NCBI GenBank assembly: GCA_964016885.1
Contig: OZ024743.1
Span: 127,286,001-127,350,000, forward strand
Reading direction: 5' to 3'
DNA length: 64,000 nucleotides
Source of the DNA: Eledone cirrhosa
Lineage: Eukaryota
A program made the position numbers and the translations under genes. Below the pieces are notes generated by a model. It was not told the origin of the DNA, did not search any database, and worked only from the letters and a program-made list of their open reading frames with translations. Below are positions 19,418 to 36,040 of this stretch, piece by piece (position 1 is the first letter of the stretch; each line of letters begins with the position of its first letter).

Positions 19418-19693
19418 AAATTATGTAAACTATATATATATGTGTTTGTCTATATTGTATCTGTATTATTTTTGACCGCCGGTCAGTCAATGGCAACATT
19501 GAGGACCGAGTAAGTTAGATCGCAGATATATATATATAAAAGACAGCGAGAAGCGAAAACCAACCAAACAGTGAGTGTGTTCTGTTATTAATTCTGGCAA
19601 TATTACGCAAATATGACCCTCCCCAAATATAACAATATCTATTTCGACACACGATTTCATATAAAAAACCTCGCAAAACTAATTCATCGCCGC

Positions 19694-19724
<31 letters not shown>

Positions 19725-19752
19725 TCTATATATATATATTCTATATATATAT

Positions 19753-19789
<37 letters not shown>

Positions 19790-19886
19790 TATATATATAT
19801 ATATTCTATATATATATATATTCTATATATATATATATATATATATATTCTATATATATATATTCTATATATATATTCTATATATA

Positions 19887-19925
<39 letters not shown>

Positions 19926-20023
19926 TATATATATATATATATTCTATATATATATATTTTTTTTTTTTATCAATATATATATATATATATATATATATTC
20001 TATATATATATATATTCTATATA

Positions 20024-22311
20024 TCTAAGGCGGGTAAAATTCCCGAGATCCATGGACGAGTTCTCTCCAGCGGTCTCTGTCCCTCATTATCGCTGCCATA
20101 TCCTGCATCTCCAACAGACCAGTGTCTGTCCTTAGGGCATCAACATATGTTAACCTTGGTCTTCCTCTTCCAGCGTGTCCATGTAGGGGCTCCCAAAGGA
20201 GCACTGAGTGCAATGTCAACTCTGGATGTCGGTGAGCATGTCCAGCCAACCTCAGTCTCCTCTGTGTCACTTTTGAGTTGACTTTTGGGATGCTCCCATA
20301 CAGCTCTGAGTTTTTCATCCTCAGTGTATACTGATTAATGTTCAGAGCCATCCTCAGCATTCTCGTGTAGCACCCATCCACCATCTGAGTGAGTCTCTTG
20401 GTCAGTGTCCAAGTCTCAGACCCATACAGCAGCACAGACTCCACTACAGCAATGAAGAGGCGGATTTTCAGGTCTCTACGAAGGTCCGACTTCCACACCG
20501 ATCTCAAGCTGTGACACGCCGCCCAGGCCTTGCTCTTCCTCCCAACCACATCATCTTCCGTATTCCCAATCTTTGCTCCCAAATACAGGAAGTCCTCAAC
20601 CAATTCCAGCGGCTTCCCGCCTACATTAGTGATCCCCTCTGGCTTCTCAACATTCTCCACCAGATATTTTGTTTTAGTCTCATTCATTCTCAGCCCCACA
20701 CTCATCGACACAGTCTCAACCTCCCGCATCAAATCCTCTGCCTCCTTCACTGTATTTGTCACCAAAACTATGTCGTCTGCAAATTCAGCATCCGATACCT
20801 TTTTCGCCCCAACTCTCCTGCTCTGAGCCGGTGCTACAGTAAAGCCAGTGTCCTGGTATTTCTCCAGTGCAAGGCGCATACAATAGTCCACTACGATGAT
20901 AAAAAGGTAGGGAGCCAATGTATCTCCCTGGAGCACTCCAGCCAGTATCTCAAAGAACTCTGTCATCCCATCAGGTGTAATGACTTGGGCTTTGGTGTTG
21001 GTGTAGAGCAGTGATATCAGGTCCACTATCCTCTTGGGGATTCCATAAGCCTGTAAGATCTTCATCAGGCAGTAACGGTCCACAGAATCAAAGGCCTTCC
21101 TAAAGTCAATGAAAACCATGACCGCAGGAAGGCACTTTGCTCTAGCTCCCTCTAATATCCTCCTCAGCATCAGGATGTGACTGGTGGTTGATCTACCCTC
21201 TCTGAAGCCGTTCTGGTTGTCCCTGAGCTTCTTCTCCATCTCAGGCTGGATCCTGTTAAGAATCATCCTGTTGAGGGTCTTTGCCACAAGTGACGTCAGT
21301 GAGATCCCCCGGTAGTTGTTGGTGTTAGAGAGATCTCCCTTCTTTGGCACTGGGACGATGTTACTGATCCTCCACTGATTCGGGGCAACTCCTTCCTCCA
21401 GTGCCCCGTTACAGAACCCCAGGATGATATCATCAAAATCACACCTCTTCATCACCTCTGATGCCACTCCATCCTCTCCATGAGCCTTGCCCTCCTTGAT
21501 CTTCTTCTTGGCTCTCTGAAGCTCCTCTCTGGTGAAGGGCTCTGTCTCAACATCCAGTTCCTCAAACAGCCGCCTGATCTCCCCACTGCTCTGGGCTGTG
21601 GAGGGTGGCTCTCCTAGTAGGGTCCTAAAATGGTCTAGCCATTTCCTCTTCCTATCCTCGGGCCCCGTTCCCTGGATCTGACTCGAACACCTTTTCTTCC
21701 TCCCTGTGATCTCGTTGATGATCATCCAGCTCTCCTTACATCCAGATCTGTCAACCGCTCTCTCCACACTTCTGATCTTCTCTATCAGTGCCTCCTCTCT
21801 GACCTCAGTGTAAGCGGTACAGAGCTCTTCCCTCATCACCTCCACAGTCTCCATCCTCTCCTCCGTAGGATCAGCATAGAATTGGTCCCTGGCAGCTTTC
21901 AGGTGTTCTCTGGCTGCACACACTTTTGGGTTTGCAGAGCTGACGTGCTTCCCTTTGTTCTTTTTCCTCGGCACCAGGGTTTCACTTGCTTTCGCCACTG
22001 CATTAGTGAAGTGCCCGTACCTCCTCGTCACACTCTCCTCAGTCCATCCAATCTCTCTCTCCTCTGACTCTCCACACAGAGCACTAAACCTGTTTCTCAC
22101 TTCCACTGTGAACCTCTCCTGTAGCTTATCATCTTCCTTGAAAGCTCACCAGTCATAGATTGTCCTCCGGGGCTGAGCCTTGCTCTTTCTTAAGCTCACG
22201 CGGACCTCACTCATAACAAGCCGGTGGTCACTACCCAGTGTACTGAAATAGCTGTATGGTTCCGTGTTCAGAACACTATTCCGCCACTTTTTCCTCACCA
22301 GAATGAAATCA
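20024..22311 (-). mobile_element. RTE-like (RTE/RTE-X) LINE family C, 5'-truncated within the APE domain
   Basis: ORF 20025..22106 (QNGFR, FIDFRKAFD, GVLQGDTLAP, FADD, FLYLG, LLYGSETW); upstream in-frame IDFILV...GSDHRLV separated by one TGA at 22146-22148; no PHD insert. Confidence 0.93.
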
Positions 22312-22808
<497 letters not shown>

Positions 22809-23696
22809 TCATCATCATCATCATCATCATCATTTTACGTCCGCTTTTCCCTGCTTGCAAGGGTGGGACGGGTCTTATTCAGCACAGCATCTCTCCACTC
22901 GTCACGGTCCCTCGTCATCTCCACCGTGAGCTTCAATGATCTGAGGTCTGTTCTCACCACCTCCGCCCATGTTTTTCGTGGTCTACCTCTACCACGTCTT
23001 CCTTCAACTGGCATTTCCTGGCACTTCTTCACCCATCGGTCATCCTCCATGCGCATCACATGTCCATACCACCTCAGTCTCCTCTCCCGTACACTACATT
23101 CTATCCCTCTCAGACACAGTTTCTCTCTCAACACATTTATGCTGGGTCGTTCACGCACATTTACACTGCACATCCAACGGAGCATGCTTGCCTCATTTCT
23201 CTCCAGCCGTCGCATATCTTCTGCGGTAGCTGCCCATGTCTCACTACCATGCAGCATCGCGCTCCTCACACAGGCATCATACAACCGGCCTTTCGTACGC
23301 AGGGAGAAACCCTTCTTCGTCAACAGAGGAAGCAGCTCCCTAAACTTCTTCCAACCCGTCCTTATTCTAGATACTATGGCCTCGGAACACCCTCCTCCCA
23401 TGCTAATCTGATCTCCTAGGTACCGGAAGCTATCCACCACTTCTATAGCGCCCTCTCGCATTTGAAAAATGTGTCTATCAGTGCGACTTCTACTGTCTAA
23501 TTTCCCTGTACATCTACTGCATACATATTTCTCCCTACCTGTTAGTTTGCCTGCTATCCCGCTACATCTCTTGTGTACCCAGGACCTACATTGTGTGCAT
23601 TTTATAGAATTTATGCCAGTTCCTTTTCTGCATATCGAACATGGCCATTTCCCTGACGGAATCAGGGTTTTGTCCTCTTTTCTACTCAACAACACT
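22809..23696 (-). mobile_element. RTE-clade LINE family B, 5'-truncated, intact PHD finger, (GAT)n tail
   Basis: ORF 22835..23695; stop immediately followed by (ATG)n; near-identical to 33505-34384. Confidence 0.95.
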
Positions 23697-23716
23697 ATAT
23701 ATATATATATATATAT

Positions 23717-23775
<59 letters not shown>

Positions 23776-23796
23776 TATATATATATATATATATAT

Positions 23797-23849
<53 letters not shown>

Positions 23850-24704
23850 TATATATATATATTCTATATATATATATATATATATATTCTATATATATAT
23901 ATATTCTATATATATATATATTCTATATATATATATATATTCTATATATATATATATATATATTCTATATATATATATATATATTCTATATATATATATA
24001 TATTCTATATATATATATATTCTATATATATATATATTCTATATATATATATATATTCTATATATATATATATATTCTATATATATATATATATTCTATA
24101 TATATATATATATTCTATATATATATATATATTCTATATATATATATATATATTCTATATATATATATATATATTCTATATATATATATATATATTCTAT
24201 ATATATATATATATATTCTATATATATATATATATATTCTATATATATATATATATATTCTATATATATATATATTCTATATATATATATATATATTCTA
24301 TATATATATATATATATTCTATATATATATATATATATTCTATATATATATATATATATTCTATATATATATATATATTCTATATATATATATATATTCT
24401 ATATATATATATATATATATTCTATATATATATATATATATATTCTATATATATATATATTCTATATATATATATATATTCTATATATATATATATTCTA
24501 TATATATATATATATTCTATATATATATATATATTCTATATATATATATATATATTCTATATATATATATATATATTCTATATATATATATATATATTCT
24601 ATATATATATATATGTTCTATATATATATATATATATATTCTATATATATATATATGTTCTATATATATATATATATATATTCTATATATATATATATAT
24701 TCTA
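23697..24704. repeat. [TTC(TA)n]m microsatellite
   Basis: direct inspection. Confidence 0.95.
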
Positions 24705-25117
24705 TAAAGTTATGTTGGTCCCACAACATCCAGGCCGAAACAAATGAGATCGTGTAGGTGTCACGACAAAAAACACACAGTCCACGCTGTAAATGTGGCC
24801 GTGTAGGCAACACGGTAAAAACCTCCCAGCCCCACACTGTAAATGTGGTTGGTGTTAGGAAGGGCATCCAGCTGTAGAAAACCCGCCAGACAGTCCACGC
24901 TGTAATGTGGCCGTGTAGGCAACACGGTAAAAACCTCCCAGCCCCACACTGTAAATGTGGTTGGTGTTAGGAAGGGCATCCAACTGAAGAAAACCCGCCA
25001 GACAGTCCTATGCGAGCAAGACAACCACTCTTGCCTCAAGTGGGAAAACCCCCGTCCAAACCCATGCAAGCGTGGAACACGGACGCTAAGCCTGATGATG
25101 ATGATGATGATGATGAT
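24705..25117 (+). mobile_element. solo 3' UTR of RTE family A with an internal ~113-bp tandem duplication
   Basis: matches 1-200 (reverse complement) and 14648-14940; duplicated unit about 24778-24890 and 24891-25002; (GAT)n tail. Confidence 0.85.
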
Positions 25118-25233
25118 ATATTCTATATATATATATATATATATTCTATATATATATATATATATATTCTATATATATATATATATTCTATATATATATA
25201 TATATATATATATTCTATATATATATATATATA

Positions 25234-25583
25234 TCATTTCATCATCATCATCATTTCATTTTACGTCCGCTTTTCCCTGCTTGCAAGGGTGGGACGGGAA
25301 CTGATTCTGGCTTGATTTCTACAGCTGGATGCCCTTCCTAACACCAACCTCATTTACAGTGAGTGCTGGGTGTTTTTTTGCCGTGGCACCTCCACGACCA
25401 CTTTGCAGTGGAATGATAGGGACCCCAGTCCCTATCATCTCATTTCTACAGCTGAGTAAACTGAAGCAATGTGAAATAAAGTGCCTTGCTCAAGGAAACA
25501 ACACATCACCCGGTCTGAGAATTGAACTCACAACCTTTCGATTGCAAGGCCAATGCTCTAACCACTAAGCCATGTGCCTCCAT
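25234..25583 (-). mobile_element. tRNA-CORE-RTE SINE (family 1), full length
   Basis: A box TGGCTTAGTGG, B box GAGTTCAATTC, CORE-like domain, AGGAAGGGCATCCAGC motif, 3' tail matching RTE family B. Confidence 0.92.
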
Positions 25584-26964
<1,381 letters not shown>

Positions 26965-26968
<4 letters not shown>

Positions 26969-27871
26969 GAAATGACAGGAGGCTGGATTTGCGTAAATCC
27001 TTGAAAGGTTTATTATACTATGATCATTTCAATGACTGGGTTCCGTATGAATCCGGTGATATCATCTGGTATTCGAAATATAATACGTGAATGTAATAGG
27101 TAAAATCCATGGGGCTGAAATCGGGACCCGAGGGCGACTGCTATTCTGTTCCTTCAACCTCAGCCGGTCGCCCTGGAGTGACGTGGCTAAATTTTATAGT
27201 ATACTACTACCGGTCAGATGAACGAAAACAGAAAGAGATGGAGCATAGGTTAACGTCGATCCCATGACACAAGGTAAAAGAAAGAAAGAAAGGAAGGAGA
27301 AGAAGGGGGAAGAAAGAAGAAGAGAAGTCAGGGTTAATGTCAGCTAAAAGAGGAAGGTAACTGCTACTGGTTCAGATATAGGCAAGCAAGAGGGGGAAGG
27401 AAGATAAGTCTGGGGGAGGAGGAGAGGAGAGAAGGAAGGGAAGAGAGAAGTAGAAAAGTAAAGGTTGATGGCTACAAGAAGGAAGATAGAAAGGAAGAGG
27501 AAGAAAGGTCGATATTAATGTCAGACCACAGTCAAGCCAGGAGTGGCGCGAGAAAATTTTCACAGGGACCCGCATCTTAGCGGAGATGAATATATTGGGA
27601 GTCAGTGTTTTACAGTGTTTAGACTTCTAGGATGAAGTTAAAAAAATTTAATAATCAATATTCAATATTAAAGAGGTTAGAAAATTTAAAGTTCAACAGT
27701 TTAACAATTAAATATATAATAGTTCCGATTTGTTCTGTAATTTAAAGGTACTATTTGGCGGTTAAAACAACGGCCGCGCCCCGGGCCCCATGGCGAATTA
27801 AGCCACGCCGAGTATTTTCATTTACTGAAAGAAGGGGAAATTTATTTTTCCAAGCACTCCAGGTGAGCTCG
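26965..27871 (-). mobile_element. ~900-bp non-coding insertion in TA tract, probable PLE pLTR-type sequence
   Basis: variant hammerhead at 27015-27072 followed by AATAAA and a short end on the minus strand; no ORF with recognisable motifs. Confidence 0.45.
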
Positions 27872-27965
27872 TATATATATATATATATATAGAATATATA
27901 TATATATATATATATGGAATATATATATGTATATATATATAGAATATATATATATATATATATAT

Positions 27966-28008
<43 letters not shown>

Positions 28009-28298
28009 TATATATATATATATATTCTATATATATATACATATATATTCTATATATATATATATTCTATATATATATATATATATTCTATATATATATA
28101 TATATTCTACATATATATATATATATATTCTATATATATATACATATATATTCTATATATATATATATATATATTCTATATATATATATGTATATATTCT
28201 ATATATATATATATATATTCTATATATATATATATTCTATATATATATATATATATATATATTCTATATATATATATATATTCTATATATATATATAT

Positions 28299-28329
<31 letters not shown>

Positions 28330-28348
28330 TCTATATATATATATATAT

Positions 28349-28387
<39 letters not shown>

Positions 28388-28402
28388 TATATATATATAT
28401 AT

Positions 28403-28463
<61 letters not shown>

Positions 28464-28478
28464 TATATATATATATAT

Positions 28479-28531
<53 letters not shown>

Positions 28532-28804
28532 TATATATATATATATATTCTATATATATATATATATTCTATATATATATATATATATTCTATATGTATA
28601 TATATATATTCTATATATATGTATATATATATATTCTATATATATGTATATATATATTCTATATATATATATATATATTCTATATATATATATATATATA
28701 TTCTATATATATATATATATATTCTATATATATATATATATTCTATATATATATATATATATATTCTATATATATATATATATATTCTATATATATATGT
28801 ATAT

Positions 28805-28851
<47 letters not shown>

Positions 28852-28941
28852 TATATATATATATATATATATATTCTATATATATATATATATATATATT
28901 CTATATATATATATATATATATTCTATATATATATATATAT

Positions 28942-28974
<33 letters not shown>
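27872..28974. repeat. compound TA microsatellite
   Basis: GAA units, then TTC units. Confidence 0.95.
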
Positions 28975-28976
<2 letters not shown>

Positions 28977-29025
28977 CAAACCCATGCAAGCGTGGAACAC
29001 GGACGTTAAACGTTGATGATGATGA
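28975..29025 (+). mobile_element. isolated RTE 3' tail (~50 bp)
   Basis: CCAAACCCATGCAAGCGTGGAACACGGACGTTAAACG(TTG)(ATG)n is the family A terminus. Confidence 0.85.
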
Positions 29026-29052
29026 TATATATTATATATATATATATATATA

Positions 29053-29104
<52 letters not shown>

Positions 29105-29200
29105 TATATATATATATATATATATATATTCTATATATATATATATATATATATATTCTATATATATATATATATATATATATTCTATATATATATATAT

Positions 29201-29243
<43 letters not shown>

Positions 29244-29247
<4 letters not shown>

Positions 29248-29585
29248 AGGCACATGGCTTAGTGGTTAGAGCATTGGCCTTGCAATCAAAAGGTTGTGAG
29301 TTCAATTCTCAGACCAGGTGATGTGTTGTTTCCTTGAGCAAGACACTTTATTTCACATTGCTCCAGTTTACTCAGCTGTAGAAATGAGATGATAGGGGTC
29401 CCTATCATTCCACTGCAAAGTGGTCGTGGAGGTGCCACGGCAAAAAAGCACCCAGCACTCACTGTAAATGAGGTTGGTGTTAGGAAGGGCATCCAGCTGT
29501 AGAAATCAAGCCAGAATCAGTTCCCATCCCACCCTTGCAAGCAGGGAAAAAGTGGACGTAAAATGAAAAATGAAATAAAATGAAA
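29244..29585 (+). mobile_element. tRNA-CORE-RTE SINE (family 1), full length
   Basis: same organisation as 25234-25583 in the opposite orientation. Confidence 0.92.
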
Positions 29586-33133
<3,548 letters not shown>

Positions 33134-34384
33134 TTGATAGGGTACCCCGATCTGTCATCTGGTGGTCCCTAAGGAAGCTAGGTGTTCAGGAATGGCTTGT
33201 GAGGACAGTGCAAACTTTGTACAGAGGTACTCTCAGTAAAGTCAGGGTAGGAATGGAGTTTAGTGAGGAATTCCAGATACAAGTAGGAGTACATCAGGGT
33301 TCGGTCCTCAGCCCACTCTTGTTCATTATAGTCTTCCAAGCCATAACAGAGGAGTTTAAGACTGGCTGTCCATGGGAACTTCTCTATGCTGACGATCTGG
33401 CTCTTATAGCAGAATCAGTAGAGGAGCTAGAGAATAAATTCCGGCTATGGAAACAGCAGTTGGAAGCAAGAGGACTGAGAGTAAATCTAGCTAAGACAAA
33501 AGTGTTGATGAGTAGAAAAGAGGACAAAACCCTGATTCCGTCAGGGAAATGGCCATGTTCGATATGCAGAAAAGGAACTGGCATAAATTCTATAAAATGC
33601 ACACAATGTAGGTCCTGGGTACACAGTAGCGGGATAGCAGGCAAACTAACAGGTAGGGAGAAATATGTATGCAGTAGATGTACAAGGAAATTAGACAGTA
33701 GAAGACGCACTGATAGACACATTTTTCAAATGCGAGAGGGCGCTATAGAAGTGGTGGATAGCTTCCGGTACCTAGGAGATCAGATTAGCATGGGAGGAGG
33801 GTGTTCCGAGGCCATAGTATCTAGAATAAGGACGGGTTGGAAGAAGTTTAGGGAGCTGCTTCCTCTGTTGACGAAGAAGGGTTTCTCCCTGCGTACGAAA
33901 GGCCGGTTGTATGATGCCTGTGTGAGGAGCGCGATGCTGCATGGTAGTGAGACATGGGCAGCTACCGCAGAAGATATGCGACGGCTGGAGAGAAATGAGG
34001 CAAGCATGCTCCGTTGGATGTGCAGTGTAAATGTGCGTGAACGACCCAGCATAAATGTGTTGAGAGAGAAACTGTGTCTGAGAGGGATAGAATGTAGTGT
34101 ACGGGAGAGGAGACTGAGGTGGTATGGACATGTGATGCGCATGGAGGATGACCGATGGGTGAAGAAGTGCCAGAAAATGCCAGTTGAAGGAAGACGTGGT
34201 AGAGGTAGACCACGAAAAACATGGGCGGAGGTGGTGAGAACAGACCTCAGATCATTGAAGCTCACGGTGGAGATGACGAGGGACCGTGACGAGTGGAGAG
34301 ATGCTGTGCTGAATAAGACCCGTCCCACCCTTGCAAGCAGGGAAGAGCGGACGTAAAATGATGATGATGATGATGATGATGATA
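33134..34384 (+). mobile_element. RTE-clade LINE family B, 5'-truncated in RT; PHD damaged by a 6-bp deletion
   Basis: ORF 33199..34356 ([21 protein letters not shown]); WVHSSG here versus WVHKRCSG in the 22.8-kb copy; (GAT)n tail. Confidence 0.95.
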
Positions 34385-34933
34385 TAGAATATATATATAT
34401 ATATATAGAATATATATATATATATATAGAATATATATATATATATATATATAGAATATATATATATATATATATATGTATCTGTGTGTGTATGTATATA
34501 TTTATATGTATATATGTGTATGTGTAAATGTATGTATTGCTTACCACGTGTGTTTGTTTATTTATTTCTGTCCTTTCCTGTATCGCTGTCAATCAACTTT
34601 ATAATAATTTTTATTTTCTTAAGTCGTATATTTTTAATTTTTATGTGACGGCCTATTGCATTATATGGTTGTTCATTGTTTTTTAGTTTTCTTATAATTA
34701 ATTGTGTGTGCATATGTAAGTGTGTACATATTTCTATATATGTGTGTGCGTATGTATGCGTGTATATATGTGTATGTATGTATGTATGTATGTATGTGTG
34801 TGCATGTACGTGTGTATATATGTATGATTATGTGTGTGTATATATATATATATATAACGGAGGAAATGTGGTAAGGAACCAGGTGGACCATAACGCACCA
34901 AAGTACTCAATACTTAGGGTAGTAGAGTGGGTA

Positions 34934-35025
34934 ATAGGAACCAGTAAGACCCCGACGGCTAATTCTGGACGTCCAGAATTAGCCGTCGAAACGGCTTGAG
35001 CTCAGCCGTCGGGGTCTTACTGGTT

Positions 35026-35030
<5 letters not shown>
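34934..35030. repeat. nested perfect palindromes
   Basis: 27-bp arms 34934-34960 and 35004-35030; perfect 36-bp palindrome 34953-34988. Confidence 0.9.
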
Positions 35031-35103
<73 letters not shown>

Positions 35104-35165
35104 TGTGTACTGATGTGTATGTGTATGTATGGATATAAATATATATATATGCGTATATATGTGTG

Positions 35166-35207
<42 letters not shown>

Positions 35208-35212
<5 letters not shown>

Positions 35213-36040
35213 GGAAAGTATATTTATAAAACCATATTTATTTCATTATACATATTTCAAGGACACCAAGTTAAATTATGGTGTGCTTTCATCAGATAAA
35301 ATATAATATAGATCAGTTTTATAAATAAATATTGACATACTCTTAAAGAATGCAACCATTACTATTGGAAGCTCCCGGATAGTGGAGTTGTAGCCTTAAT
35401 TATATTATTAGTATTGGATATTTTTAAAATAAGCCGTTTTAATTGATAGGTATACTTATAGGGATACATTTATATTAATTCATATGAATGTGATAAATAA
35501 GAATTAGATGTTAAAATGAAGGAAAGTAAAATTTTGGGATAAGGGTAGTTGTGAGAAATACCAATCTTATATAAACTACAAGTAATCTAGATTCATAACA
35601 GGAAATTAAATTAATTTATAGGTATACTTTTAGGTATTAATTTTAGGAAAAGAGAGCTGTAAGAGGGAAATAAAATTATGAAGTTCTCTGTAGTAAAGTA
35701 CTAATTATAGGTTAACTAAATTAAAAAAACTAATTATAATAATATGTAAAATATAAGTGTAAGGTGTATATTAATTAGGTTTATAATATTTGAAGGTTCT
35801 TCTAATTCTATGATTGGAAGATATAATTAATTCCTGTCGCTTATTTAATAGGATATCCTTAGATTTCATGATTTCAAAAAGGTCCTGGGAGCATAACCTA
35901 CACTCGTATTTGTTATTTTGATAAGGGGTGACCCTTTTGGGCACACTCCAGGTCAGGTTGTAATCGATATTCTTCTTTCTATAATTATTAATTGTTTCAG
36001 CCAAGGATGTTGTATTAGCTAATGCGGCATTTTTAAAACT
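35208..36040 (-). mobile_element. Penelope-like element 3' fragment (GIY-YIG C-terminus of Nematis/Naiad-like type) with pLTR
   Basis: ORF 35771..36109 reads SFK...TTSLA...IDYNLTW...PY.....CRLC...LLNKRQEL...H; hammerhead at 35245-35300; clade assignment from motif recall only. Confidence 0.75.
35245..35300 (-). ncRNA. minimal type I hammerhead ribozyme candidate
   Basis: CTGATGA-AAGCACACC...GGTGTCCTT-GAAA-TATG-TA; stem II has 8/9 pairs and covaries with 11641-11696. Confidence 0.65.

Larger units (their letters stand above)
17487..19693 (+). mobile_element. Penelope-like element (Neptune-type), 5'-truncated, with inverted pLTR and 55-nt 3' extension
   Basis: 17487-17913 is the reverse complement of 19212-19638; RT plus GIY-YIG ORF between them; tail 19639-19693; TA on both sides. 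Confidence 0.93.

Noticed and set aside
19980-20030. Idea that the GAA(TA)n satellite is the 3' tail of RTE family C
   Set aside because: The second family C 3' end at 56515 is followed by a different repeat, so the tail is not intrinsic.
22146-22148. In-frame TGA in RTE family C as selenocysteine or programmed read-through
   Set aside because: Single copy, non-conserved linker position, readily explained by a point mutation such as CGA>TGA; no SECIS seen.
22863-23411. Antisense ORFs over RTE, Tx1 and CR1 elements (e.g. 577-1248, 33780-34592, 38059-38673)
   Set aside because: Shadow frames of the retroelement ORFs with no independent motifs.
29244-29320. Possible tRNA genes
   Set aside because: A and B boxes are present but there is no complete cloverleaf, and each continues into CORE and tail sequence; these are SINE heads.
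34953-34995. Hammerhead in the nested palindrome (stem followed by GAAAC)
   Set aside because: No CUGANGA upstream of the stem on either strand.
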